Origin: Polyangiaceae bacterium
Lineage (GTDB): Bacteria; Myxococcota_A; Polyangia; Polyangiales; Polyangiaceae
Length of the DNA: 64,000 nucleotides
Assembly (NCBI GenBank): GCA_035063585.1
Contig: JAPSGB010000013.1
Location: 1-64,000 of the forward strand
Direction of reading: 5' to 3'
Positions 19,501-29,488 of the stretch are shown one piece after another (positions within the stretch are counted from its first letter, which is position 1; every line of letters starts with the position of its first letter). Below the pieces are notes generated by a model. That model was not told the DNA's origin. It made no database searches and saw nothing but the letters and a program-made list of their open reading frames with translations. Both the position numbers and the translations under genes were made by a program.

Positions 19501-20496
19501 GTGACGGTCGCCGCGCCTCCCGCCGAGGACGCGCGCTCGCTCCAGAGCCGCACGAGCGCGCAGACACCCGCGACATTTCACGAGTACGCGCGGCTCCTCG
19601 GCGGGGGCGGGCGCCGCTACGGGACCTTGGTGCACGAGGTCCTCGAGGCGCTCGACTTCCCGTCGCGACGCGCCAAGGACGGCCGAGCGCTCGAGGCGCT
19701 GATCGGCGAGGCCGTGCAGCGCTCGGGGCTCACGAAGCACGCCGCCCTCGGGCGGGAGCTCGTGGAGCGGCTCCCCTCGATCCTGGAGACGCCGCTCGAC
19801 TCGACCTCGTCGAGCGAGCGCCCTCCGAGCCTCCCGCGCGGCTTCACGCTGGGCGGGCTCCGCGCGGCGGAGCGCTTCGACGAGGTGCCGTTCGATCTCC
19901 GTCTGGGCGCCGGGACGGGATTTTCCCGCGCCGAACCGACCCCCCACCCCCACTCTACCCGGCCCGGCTGCGCCGACCCTGCGCGGCTCACGCAAGCGTT
20001 CGAGCTGGCGCGTGACAGCTGCGATCCCACCATCAGGGGCTGGTTTGCCCTACAAGTCGAGGAGAGCCGGCGGGGGCGCCCCCTCATCGGGGAGCTCGCG
20101 GGGATCCTCACGGGCTCGATCGATCTCGTCTTCCGCACCGCGGACGGGCGCTACTTCCTCGCAGACTACAAGACCAATAGGATTGGAGATCGCTCGGCGG
20201 GCGCCTACGCGCACGGCGAGCTCGGTCGCGAGATGAGCCAGGCGGGCTATCCGCTCCAGGCGCTCCTCTACACGCTCGCCCTCCACCGGCATCTCCGCGC
20301 GAGGCTCCGCGGCTACGACTACGACCGGCACCTCGGCGGATATCTCTACCTCTTCCTGCGCGGCATGGGCGGCGCGGACACGCCGCGAGACGCCGGCGGG
20401 TCCGGCCGCTGCCTCGGCGTGTTCGGGGATCGCTTCGCGGGAGAAGTGATCCGAGCCCTCGACGAGGCGTTCGACGCGAAGGGAGTCGCGACATGA
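16531..20496 (+). CDS. recB: Exodeoxyribonuclease V beta subunit RecB (helicase-nuclease)
   Basis: EASAGTGKT, TFTNAATAELRERI, DEFQD, GDPKQAIYAFRGAD, TVHASKGLEY and YVALTRA, plus nuclease motif GSIDLV...DYKTN. AGGAAGGAG RBS and ATGA overlap. Confidence 0.93.
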   Translation: MSPDDELPGDQHLPWDERLDLSDERTWLLEASAGTGKTYQIAGIFLRLVAEYGLSVEHILTITFTNAATAELRERIRARLRLGLDTLRGGPLPDGDVVIERLEQLPNRDQVEKRLEDALRAFDLAPISTIHGFAQRMLSELAFDSGQDTGLELVTDAGEVVTEIACDTLATSYADVSADVAGFLSAAGVTKAALIDVAQAMSAATEPRVAPAGEESLAEAITRVRAWTARVGVLRERWRSRASRDALALLASDADGKGRVLQGEQKRYVEGSVARIDSWLGAGAPHLDKSEPAVRRLRRAHIENIWGKTPEELHGRPWWPLIVELDEFLHAHDAIFESLAPLAAYARTVRGRVEAELLRRRALTFDGILSRLAERIEQTGGASSPLAARIRERFRAVLVDEFQDTDQAQWSVLHAAFHERRRLFLIGDPKQAIYAFRGADVHVYLAAARLVERSRRRTMTTNFRSDSPVVSAMNALFRQGSRAFDEADIDYVEVTARHGARLAPASAGLSLRFIDARVIQGGAGLGIPKKDVTLAARLATREALAWLSGERGQLVDEHGPREVEPRDLAVLVSDHFEGATVRRALSRAGIPAVAASKGSVFDARAADWLATWLDAVAGGGRDRSARAAAVTPLFGWTADELGWALAVADRGEAAEQEAHDSGLAELRDYAAWVARLASALERWDECGFARTFDREADELGVFPRLLAMPEGERHATDLRHLFELLHAEDRARRPGPGTLSAWLRSRRNTGGEEAAQRLESDARAVSIETVHASKGLEYGIVLVPFGWSVRNRRDDGAPFLVRDDGAPTLHAEPRGSRERAAALARRDEEQRREELRRVYVALTRAKHHVVAWYGPIGSEGMRPSATALGRLLLRAPGSSGFDDDSMPDFSAKSPGGGAEERNPAWEEAQRRLDALCAKSAGAIEWHAEEPLEPGLVVWNPPASAPPEPGLAPWPSERAPMESPFRVTSYSGLVGAFDRDEKLEREVAASTVTVAAPPAEDARSLQSRTSAQTPATFHEYARLLGGGGRRYGTLVHEVLEALDFPSRRAKDGRALEALIGEAVQRSGLTKHAALGRELVERLPSILETPLDSTSSSERPPSLPRGFTLGGLRAAERFDEVPFDLRLGAGTGFSRAEPTPHPHSTRPGCADPARLTQAFELARDSCDPTIRGWFALQVEESRRGRPLIGELAGILTGSIDLVFRTADGRYFLADYKTNRIGDRSAGAYAHGELGREMSQAGYPLQALLYTLALHRHLRARLRGYDYDRHLGGYLYLFLRGMGGADTPRDAGGSGRCLGVFGDRFAGEVIRALDEAFDAKGVAT

Positions 20497-22484
20497 CGGC
20501 CGACGAGCTCATGGAACGCGCTCGTCCCTTCGTCGACGCCGGCGTGCTCGCCGCCTCGGATTTGTACGCCGTGGCGCTGGTGGCGCCGCGCTTCGGAGAG
20601 ACGAGCGCCGAGCGGATGCTCGGGCTCGCCTTCGCGGTGCGCGCGCCGCGCGTCGGACACGCCGGGGTCGATCTCCTCCGGGTCAGCGAGCAGGTCGACA
20701 CCGAGCGCGCGATGAGGGACGAGCCCGAGACGACCGAGCGCGGTCTCGAGCCCGACGCGGGAGAAGCCTCGCTCCCGTGGCCGCCGGCGCCGGCGTGGCG
20801 CGACGCTACCTTCGCCTCGCCGCTGGTCGGTGAGCCCGCCGGGCCCCTCACGCCGTTCGTCACGCAGCAGACTGACCGCGGCGTGCTGCTCCTCACCCGA
20901 CGCATGTATCGAGAGCAGGAGCTCCTCGCCGGCTCGCTCCTCGAGCGGGCGAAGCTCGGCGTTCCGGCGAGCGCCCGGATCACCGAGCTCGACCAGGTGC
21001 TCGCGCGGCTCTTCCCGGGCGAACCGGACGGCGAGGGAGCCCGCTCGGTGCGGCTCGCGGCGTGCGAGCGACTCGCGCTCGTCGTGGGAGGGCCGGGCAC
21101 CGGCAAGACCTTCTCAATCACGCGTCTGCTCGCGGCGCTGCTCGGCGCGCGGCCGGAGCTCGTGATCTCACTGGCTGCGCCCACCGGGAAGGCGGCGGTC
21201 CGGATGCGCGAAGCGATTCGAGAGGGCGTCAGCCTCGGGGCAACGCCGCCGCTCGAGGTGCCGGAGTCGATCTCCGAGGCGCTCGGCGCGCTCGAGGCGA
21301 GCACCCTGCACCGCTTGCTCGGCATTCGACCCGACGGGTCGGCTCGTCACGACGCCAAGAATCCGCTCCCAGCAGACGTGGTCGTGGTCGATGAGGTATC
21401 CATGATCGACCTCACGCTGATGCGGCGGCTGGTCGAGGCGGTGCGCGAAGACGCGCGTCTGGTCCTCTTGGGCGATCGGGATCAGCTCGCGAGCGTCGAG
21501 GCGGGCTCGGTGCTCGCCGACCTGGTCGACGCTCCACGCCTGACGTCGCACGTAGTGAGGTTCACGATCTCACGGCGCTTCGCGACCGCGCCGGACGTCG
21601 CGCTCATCGCCGCGCGGCTCCAAGGGCGCGCGGCCTCCGCAGCAGAGGAGCGCGCGCGCCTCGACGCCGCGCTCGCGGTCTTCAGCGGGCGCGAGCACGC
21701 CGAGAAGGAGCGCCATCCGGGCGCGCGCGTGCGCTGGCTCGGCGCGCCGGAACCCGCGACCTCGTCCGGCGCGGCGCGGCCGACCGACGAGCAGCTCGAC
21801 CTGCTGGCGGAGCCCTACCTCGAGGGGTTCGAGTGGCTCGCCGAGGACGGAGGAACTCACCACCTCGACGGCTACGCGAAGCTGCTTCGGGAGACGTGGT
21901 CACGGCCGAACGGCCGGCGTCGAGCCGCAGAGCCGGATTTTCAGCGCGAGCTGCTCGGCGCGCTCGAGCGCTACCGGGTGCTGTCGGTCCACCGCCGCGG
22001 TCCGCTCGGCGTCGAGCGCCTCGAGCGAGCGCTCGCCCAGAGAGTGCGTGAGTATCTCGGCGAGCACACCGGCCGCGGCGCTCACTTCATCGGGCGACCC
22101 ATCATCGTCACCGAGAACGCCTACGACGTCGAGCTCATGAACGGCGACGTCGGGCTCGTGTTGCCGACTCTGAGCGGCCGAGTCGCTGCGGTCTTCCTGC
22201 ACGAGCACGCGGGGAAAGTCCGCGCGGTGGACCTCTCACGCCTGCCGGCGCACGAAGGGGCGCTCGCGATGACGGTGCACAAGTCCCAAGGTTCCCAATT
22301 CGATCGCGTCGCCATGGTGCTCGCGGGCAAGAGATCTCCTATCGAGACGCGGGAGCTCGTCTACACCGGCGTGACCCGCGCGAGGAACCAGCTCGCCTGG
22401 CTCGGAGACCTCGCTGAGCTGCGCGAGGCGCTCGAGCGTCGTATCGAGCGCGCGAGCGGGCTCGGCGCGTTGCTCGCGCAATGA
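20493..22484 (+). CDS. recD: Exodeoxyribonuclease V alpha subunit RecD
   Basis: GGPGTGKT, APTGKAA, TLHRLLG, DEVSM, GDRDQL.SV, NGDVG, TVHKSQGSQF and YTGVTRA. ATGA overlap with recB. Confidence 0.93.
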   Translation: MTADELMERARPFVDAGVLAASDLYAVALVAPRFGETSAERMLGLAFAVRAPRVGHAGVDLLRVSEQVDTERAMRDEPETTERGLEPDAGEASLPWPPAPAWRDATFASPLVGEPAGPLTPFVTQQTDRGVLLLTRRMYREQELLAGSLLERAKLGVPASARITELDQVLARLFPGEPDGEGARSVRLAACERLALVVGGPGTGKTFSITRLLAALLGARPELVISLAAPTGKAAVRMREAIREGVSLGATPPLEVPESISEALGALEASTLHRLLGIRPDGSARHDAKNPLPADVVVVDEVSMIDLTLMRRLVEAVREDARLVLLGDRDQLASVEAGSVLADLVDAPRLTSHVVRFTISRRFATAPDVALIAARLQGRAASAAEERARLDAALAVFSGREHAEKERHPGARVRWLGAPEPATSSGAARPTDEQLDLLAEPYLEGFEWLAEDGGTHHLDGYAKLLRETWSRPNGRRRAAEPDFQRELLGALERYRVLSVHRRGPLGVERLERALAQRVREYLGEHTGRGAHFIGRPIIVTENAYDVELMNGDVGLVLPTLSGRVAAVFLHEHAGKVRAVDLSRLPAHEGALAMTVHKSQGSQFDRVAMVLAGKRSPIETRELVYTGVTRARNQLAWLGDLAELREALERRIERASGLGALLAQ

Positions 22485-22553
22485 GGCGGCGGCCACGCGG
22501 CCGCACGCCGGGCGCTCCCCTCGCCCTTCGCGCGTGCTAGAAGGCGGGGTCCC

Positions 22554-23372
22554 ATGACGTCGCGGCAACCTCTCCCCGAGGTCTCGCTCGAGGATTTCAC
22601 GCGCTATTTTCCCCACGCGCCGGCCGCGCTCTGCATCAAGGAGTGCGCCCGACTCACCGCGCTTCGCCGCTATGACTGCGAGGGCCCGATCCTCGACGTC
22701 GGGTGCGGAGACGGGCTCTTCGCGAAGATCGCCTTCGGCACCGAGGAGGTCTGGGGCATCGACATCGACGCCAACGAGGGGCGCTGGGCGCAGGCCAGCC
22801 ACGCCTACCAGCAGATCGTCATCGGCGACATTACCCGCGCACGGCTCCCCGAGGCGTTCTTCGCGACCTGCATCGCGAACTGCTCCCTCGAGCACGTCCC
22901 CGCGCTCGACGCCGCGCTCCGAAACATCTGCCATAGCCTGCGGCCCGGGGCACGCGCGTATCTGTTCGTGCCTCAGCGAGACTGGGCGTCCGCGATGTGG
23001 TCGGTGCGCGCCCTGCGGCGCCTCGGAGCGGAGCCGGCCGCACGCGCGGTCGAGGCGAGCATCGACCGCACGTTTCGTCACCATCACCTCTACGACGCGC
23101 CCCAGTGGCGGGAACTCGTGAGCAGCGCGGGGTTCGAGGTCGAGCGCATCGAGCCGGTGCTCTCGAGCGCGACGACCAGCGCGTTCGAGGCCTTCCTCTT
23201 ACCGTCTCTCGCAGGCTGGCTGAACAAGCGCCTCACCACCCGGTGGACCAACTTCCCGCGCGCGCGCGAGCGAGCCGCGCCGGTCGCCTACGCGCTGGTC
23301 CGAGCCGCGCTGGCGCTCGGGAGCTCCTCGCTCACCGGCGAGTTCCTCGTCGTCTGCAAGAGACCGGAGTGA
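22554..23372 (+). CDS. Class I SAM-dependent methyltransferase
   Basis: ILDVGCGDG, NCSLEHV and LRPGA motifs. Confidence 0.85.
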   Translation: MTSRQPLPEVSLEDFTRYFPHAPAALCIKECARLTALRRYDCEGPILDVGCGDGLFAKIAFGTEEVWGIDIDANEGRWAQASHAYQQIVIGDITRARLPEAFFATCIANCSLEHVPALDAALRNICHSLRPGARAYLFVPQRDWASAMWSVRALRRLGAEPAARAVEASIDRTFRHHHLYDAPQWRELVSSAGFEVERIEPVLSSATTSAFEAFLLPSLAGWLNKRLTTRWTNFPRARERAAPVAYALVRAALALGSSSLTGEFLVVCKRPE

Positions 23373-24010
23373 TGCCCGAGCCGGTCGACTACTTCTCGAA
23401 TCATCGGCTCAAGCTCCGGCTGCCGTGGCGGCTCTATCACGGGCCCATCGTCGCCGCGCTCGGCCGGGCGGTGCGAGAACGCACCGGCAACGAGGTCCTG
23501 AACGTCGGCGCTGGGCCCTTCTTCGAGCTCGACCACGTCTCCGCGGCCGGCGCCCGCTTCACCGCGTGCGACATCGACGCGCGCGCGGTCGCGCTCGCCC
23601 GCGAGCTCCACGGAGAGAGGCTCGCCGGCGCGGATGTGCTGGCGGACGGCGGGCCGCTACCTTACCCCGACGACTCCTTCGACCTGGTCGTCTCGATGGA
23701 CGTCATCGAACACCTCGCCAGCCCGGAGCCCTGGCTGGCCGAGCTGGTCCGCGTCACACGTCCCGGCGGCTCGCTCTTCCTCACGACACCGAACTACGGG
23801 CGCGACTCGTCGCTCGCGCTCATCGAACGCACCCTGCTCGAAGCCGTCGCGCGCGCGCAGGGCTTCAGCCGCGCCGAGCTGCACCCGAGCAAATTCGACC
23901 GCCGCCTGCTCGCGCGCACGCTCGGGCAGGCCGGGCTTCACGACGTGCGAGTCGAGCCGATCGCCTTCCGGTGGGTGCTCGAGGCGCACGCCACCAAGCC
24001 GCTCACTTGA
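23372..24010 (+). CDS. Class I SAM-dependent methyltransferase (type 11-like)
   Basis: LNVGAG, LPYPDDSFDLVVSMDVIEHL and RPGG.LFLTTPN. TGATG overlap with the upstream methyltransferase. Confidence 0.85.
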   Translation: MPEPVDYFSNHRLKLRLPWRLYHGPIVAALGRAVRERTGNEVLNVGAGPFFELDHVSAAGARFTACDIDARAVALARELHGERLAGADVLADGGPLPYPDDSFDLVVSMDVIEHLASPEPWLAELVRVTRPGGSLFLTTPNYGRDSSLALIERTLLEAVARAQGFSRAELHPSKFDRRLLARTLGQAGLHDVRVEPIAFRWVLEAHATKPLT

Positions 24011-25148
24011 ACTTCGCGCGCTCGAGGACGAGGCGGAGCGAAGCGAAGATCGGGTTCTCGAACACCATCGCCCAGAGCCCGAACATCCACATGGTGAGGA
24101 CGTTTCGCAAGAACGCGACCGGCACCGCTCGGCGAGTCGCGCCGACCGTCAAGCACGCGCCGACCAAGATGGTGCTGTGCCAAGAGTGCCCGGAGTGCAC
24201 CGTCGTGAGCGCCATCCCCCACAGCACCATCACGGCGGCGAGCGCGTCCCCCTTCACGAGCGCGACCGCGGCCGCCGCGACGCTGCTCGCGATGACGAAC
24301 CAGTAGAGCCCCGCGTGCTCTGCGAGGTGGCTCGCCGCGGCGCGATACGCGGCGCTGTCATGCGGGGGGGAGCCCGCGCGAAACATCAGGAACGTCCAAA
24401 CGACGAGCGCGCCGGTCGCGGCGGCGACGAGCAGGGTGGCCACCTTTCGCCGCGGGCTCTCCGGTGAAGCGAGCAGCGACACTCCCGCCCACGCCGCGAC
24501 CGGCGCAAAGCTCGCGGCGCGATAGTTCAGAAATATGGCCGCAGAGAACCAGAGTAGGCTCCGGTCGAAGCGCCGCTCGGCGAGGGCCGCGACGCTCATG
24601 GCGGCCGCGCCGAGCCAGATGGCGTCGTAGAAGCCGTGCAGGCTCATTCGCCACGTGAGGAGCACGAGCCCGAGGATCAAAGGGAAGCGCCCGCCCGGTC
24701 GGCGAGACAGCGCGCGCCACATCCCGAAGAGCCCGACGTGCGAGAGGAGCACGACCCAGAAGATCGTCCACTTGGCGAACGTCTCGGGCGGCATCGCCGG
24801 GTGCGTGGCACCGAACCAGGTCGGCAGCGCGAAGACGAGGAACATCCCCGGCGGGTAGGCGAGCGGAAAGTCGGGCCACGGGATGCGGGGGACCACCGCG
24901 AGCGGCGCGAGCGGCGCGGTCACGCCGAACGGCTCGCGATATACGTCCCACCCGACGTTCCAGAACGTCCAGGTCGCGCGCACGTGGTGCAGGTGGTCGG
25001 TGTGCACGCGGATGAGGTCGCCGTAGGGGCTGTCGACGTGGCGAACGATCCACGCGCACGCGACGAGGGACGCGAGCACGAAGAGCGCGAACGCGCCGTC
25101 GACCGACAGGGCCGAGGCGCGCAGCTTGCCGGCGAGAGCCCTCACCAT
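24003..25148 (-). CDS. Polytopic membrane protein, probable GT-C-fold glycosyltransferase
   Basis: About 10 hydrophobic segments, an Asp-containing first loop (TDHLHH) and AYPPG as seen in GT-C/GT87-like enzymes. Start codon uncertain. Confidence 0.55.
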   Translation of the reverse strand: MVRALAGKLRASALSVDGAFALFVLASLVACAWIVRHVDSPYGDLIRVHTDHLHHVRATWTFWNVGWDVYREPFGVTAPLAPLAVVPRIPWPDFPLAYPPGMFLVFALPTWFGATHPAMPPETFAKWTIFWVVLLSHVGLFGMWRALSRRPGGRFPLILGLVLLTWRMSLHGFYDAIWLGAAAMSVAALAERRFDRSLLWFSAAIFLNYRAASFAPVAAWAGVSLLASPESPRRKVATLLVAAATGALVVWTFLMFRAGSPPHDSAAYRAAASHLAEHAGLYWFVIASSVAAAAVALVKGDALAAVMVLWGMALTTVHSGHSWHSTILVGACLTVGATRRAVPVAFLRNVLTMWMFGLWAMVFENPIFASLRLVLERAKFK

Positions 25149-25365
25149 CGCTCGGTCATCCGCCCCCAAGGAGACTCGCCCGGGCTCGTCCGCAGCTTCG
25201 AGCCGGCGACCCAGGGATCACGCCGCGCCTGGCCCGCCGTCTTCCGCTCCTCTCGGCGCGCGGTCAGGCGGGACCCCGAGCGCCGCGGGCGAAGCCGAGG
25301 AGCGCGGGCGACCCGCGCCTTGCGCCGGGCGCGCGACCGCGCGCCGTCATCGGCTCTCGGAGTTT

Positions 25366-25453
<88 letters not shown>

Positions 25454-25509
25454 AGGGTCGCGAGCCCCGCGGGCTCGCAAGCGAGACCGGGGACGCGCGG
25501 TCAGCGCGG

Positions 25510-25596
25510 CGGAGAGAGTGGGATTCGAACCCACGGTACCCTCACGGGTACACCTGATTTCGAATCAGGCACCTTCGGCCGCTCGGTCATCTCTCC
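25510..25596 (-). tRNA. tRNA-Ser(CGA)
   Basis: Minus strand GGAGAGATGACCGAGCGGCCGAAGGTG-CCTGA-TTCGAAA-TCAGG, long variable arm, GGTTCGAATCC T-arm. Confidence 0.95.
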
Positions 25597-25603
25597 GCGG
25601 CGG

Positions 25604-25632
25604 AATGTGGCAGGCAGCCCGCGCACTGTCAA
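25604..25632 (-). promoter_or_regulatory. Sigma70-type promoter for the tRNA-Ser pair
   Basis: Minus strand TTGACA-17 nt-CACATT with an extended TGn, ending 7 nt before tRNA-Ser(CGA). Confidence 0.7.
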
Positions 25633-25741
25633 CGGCGTCTCGCAGGATCTCACCGGCCTTCGCGCGGTCGCGCCGCGCGGCTCCGGCCCCGGGCTTGCGC
25701 GCTGGTCGGCGCGCCTGTATCCGGGGCTGTTCGAGGTCGAG

Positions 25742-26350
25742 ATGCGCGCCCGAGGCTCCTACAAGAAGAGCGCCGCGAGCCGGCAGCAGGTGCTCGACGC
25801 CGCGGTCCGCGCGCTGGCGGAGAAGGGCTACTCCCGCACCAGCGTGAGCGACATCGCCGCCGCCGCGGGCATGAGCAAGGGCGCCGTTCACTACCACTTC
25901 GAGAGCAAGGACGACCTCATCGTTCAGGTGCTCGACCGCTGCGCGGTGGTCATGGCCGAGCGCGTCCAGGCCGCCTGGGACACGCCCGGCGCGCCGGCGG
26001 AGAAGATCGCGAAGGCGCTCGGCGAGATGCGCGCGAGCCGTCAGGAGAACGTCCCCGAGCTACGCGTCCTCGCCGACCTCATGGCGCAGGGGCTCCACGA
26101 CCCGAAGCTCCGGACCACGCTCGCGGCGATGTTCGAGGCCAACCGGCGCCTGGTCGTGAAGCACCTCATCTCGAGCCTCGAGGCGCTCGGGCTCGAGCCG
26201 AAGGTGCCCGTCCAGGTGCTCCCGAGGCTGCTGCTCGGCGCGCTCGACGGCCTCGCGCTCCATGACTTCTTCGATCCGCCCAGCCCGGAGGACGACGCCG
26301 CGCTCCAGCGGGCTCTCGAGACGATCGCGATGTCACTGTTCGAGACCTGA
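25742..26350 (+). CDS. TetR/AcrR-family transcriptional regulator
   Basis: N-terminal HTH QVLDAAVRALAEKGYSRTSVSDIAAAAGMSKGAVHYHFESKDDL. Confidence 0.93.
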   Translation: MRARGSYKKSAASRQQVLDAAVRALAEKGYSRTSVSDIAAAAGMSKGAVHYHFESKDDLIVQVLDRCAVVMAERVQAAWDTPGAPAEKIAKALGEMRASRQENVPELRVLADLMAQGLHDPKLRTTLAAMFEANRRLVVKHLISSLEALGLEPKVPVQVLPRLLLGALDGLALHDFFDPPSPEDDAALQRALETIAMSLFET

Positions 26351-26392
26351 GCGACAAATTCGGCCAATCGACCGATTTTGTTCGCCGCGGAC

Positions 26393-26443
26393 TTGACACA
26401 GCGCGTCGTAGTGGTCATAAAACATACCGTCCGGTCGGTTTTT
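26393..26443 (+). promoter_or_regulatory. Sigma70 promoter with adjacent TetR-type operator
   Basis: TTGACA (26393)-17 nt-CATAAA (26416), then the near-palindrome ACCGTCCGGTCGGT flanked by A and T runs. GGAG RBS at 26447. Confidence 0.65.
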
Positions 26444-26456
26444 ATCGGAGCCAACG

Positions 26457-26717
26457 ATGTTCGATAATCTTTTCGGCCACTTCGGTCCATTTTGGTCTGC
26501 CGCGCTGCTGCTCGGGCTGGTGCTCTTGCTGTTCGCCGTCGCAGCCGGCGAGACGGTGCGGCTCATCCTTGCGGGCCATCCACGACCCTCTTGGCCGACG
26601 AGCCTCGGGATCGCCCGGCTCCGCGAGCGCCTCTTCACGAGGGGGTCGGCGACCGCCGGCGCGCTCGCGCGCCAGGTCTGCTCACGGCTCCCGGCGCGGC
26701 GCCGGCGAGACGGGTGA
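26457..26717 (+). CDS. Small single-pass membrane protein (86 aa)
   Basis: GGAG RBS, own promoter, hydrophobic FWSAALLLGLVLLLFAVAA segment and a basic tail. Confidence 0.6.
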   Translation: MFDNLFGHFGPFWSAALLLGLVLLLFAVAAGETVRLILAGHPRPSWPTSLGIARLRERLFTRGSATAGALARQVCSRLPARRRRDG

Positions 26718-26753
26718 TTGCGCGCGGGGCCGCGCCGAGGCGATATTCCCGCC

Positions 26754-27812
26754 ATGCGTCACTCCTCCGCCGGGTTCCTCGCCGCGCTCGCCGCATGTCT
26801 CGCGTCACCGCTCGCTCTCGCGCAAGTTCCGCCACCCGCGCCGGAAGCTCCGGCCACGCCGCCGAGCGACTCCGCCGCTGCCCCCGCTGGCGAGCCCACC
26901 GGCGAGAAGCAGGACGACGAAAAGAAGGACGACGAAAAGAAGGACGACGAAAAGAAGGACGACGGAGCCGCTACGGGCGGCGGCACGCCGGTCGCTCAAC
27001 CGCCGAGCGATGCGGCGCCCCCCACGCCGCCGGCTCCCGCCGATTCCGCGCCGAGCCTGCCCCCCGCTCCCGCAGTAGCCCCTCGTGCGCCGGCTCCCGC
27101 GCCCGCGCCGGCTCCCGTGGCGGACCCGACCGCGGACACCAGCCAAACGACCAAGACCTCGAAGCTGCCCATGCCGGAGCAAACCTTCGGTGTCGAGCTC
27201 CAGGGCGGGACGAGCCTCCGACTCGGTTCGCCCGACGCCTACACGAACGACGCGCCGGTCGGCTTCGCCTACCGGCTCGGCGGCTGGTACGCGCCGAGCC
27301 GGGTGTTCTCGCTCGGGCTCGCGCTCGGACACGCCGGGCTCGGCTCCGCGCGCACCGCGCCGGTGGGCTCGAGCTACGAGGTCGCGCGCAGCATGACCGC
27401 GCTCTGGCTCGGCGGGCGCGCGTACCCGCTGCGCTCGGATACCATCGGTCTCTTCGTGCAGCTCGAGGTCGGGCTGGCGTTTCAGCACGTGCGCGGCACG
27501 GGCGCCACGGTGGCAAACGACGGGTTCGCCGTCGCCCGACCGTACGCGTGCTCGGCGAGCCAGGGGCCTGGCTTCGGGCTCGGCGGTGGCGTCGGGGTCG
27601 ACGTCGATCTCGACCGGCACCTCGCGTTCGTCGCGCAGGCGGATCTCACCGCGGCACGCCTCGCGAGCGACCCCGCCGATCTCGACGGCTGCGCGGTCGG
27701 CGCGGGCGCCACGAGCGCTCTAGGCGCGCGGATCGGCTTCGCCTATCGCTTCGACCTCGGCGACGACCGACCCGCGAGCGCGCGCGGCTCTTCGCTCGGC
27801 GGGAGCTTCTGA
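26754..27812 (+). CDS. Outer-membrane beta-barrel protein with Pro-rich N-terminal region
   Basis: Signal peptide ending ALA-Q, a KKDDE repeat and Pro/Ala linker, then alternating beta-strand patterns ending IGFAYRFDL. Confidence 0.65.
   Translation: MRHSSAGFLAALAACLASPLALAQVPPPAPEAPATPPSDSAAAPAGEPTGEKQDDEKKDDEKKDDEKKDDGAATGGGTPVAQPPSDAAPPTPPAPADSAPSLPPAPAVAPRAPAPAPAPAPVADPTADTSQTTKTSKLPMPEQTFGVELQGGTSLRLGSPDAYTNDAPVGFAYRLGGWYAPSRVFSLGLALGHAGLGSARTAPVGSSYEVARSMTALWLGGRAYPLRSDTIGLFVQLEVGLAFQHVRGTGATVANDGFAVARPYACSASQGPGFGLGGGVGVDVDLDRHLAFVAQADLTAARLASDPADLDGCAVGAGATSALGARIGFAYRFDLGDDRPASARGSSLGGSF
26911..26963 (+). repeat. 15-bp coding tandem repeat (AGGACGACGAAAAGA) encoding KKDDE
   Basis: About 3.5 adjacent copies seen directly. 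Confidence 0.85.
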
Positions 27813-27860
27813 GTCGAGCCTCGAGCCGCACGCCCGCTCGACGGCGCGCTCGCCCGAAGC

Positions 27861-29345
<1,485 letters not shown>

Positions 29346-29488
29346 TCACGAGCGCGAACCGGCTCGCGCCGAACCGATGAAAACTCCACGCTTCCGCGCG
29401 GGGTACGCGCCGCGCCTTGGCGAACCGCCCCCGTCCACGCTAGCTTCATGACGGCGCTCGCTCGGCGGCGCGCCCTTCGGAGGAGCCC

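Noticed and set aside
13178..20496. AddAB rather than RecBC
   Set aside because: The first protein has RecC motifs and no nuclease or Fe-S Cys motif, and a RecD follows directly.
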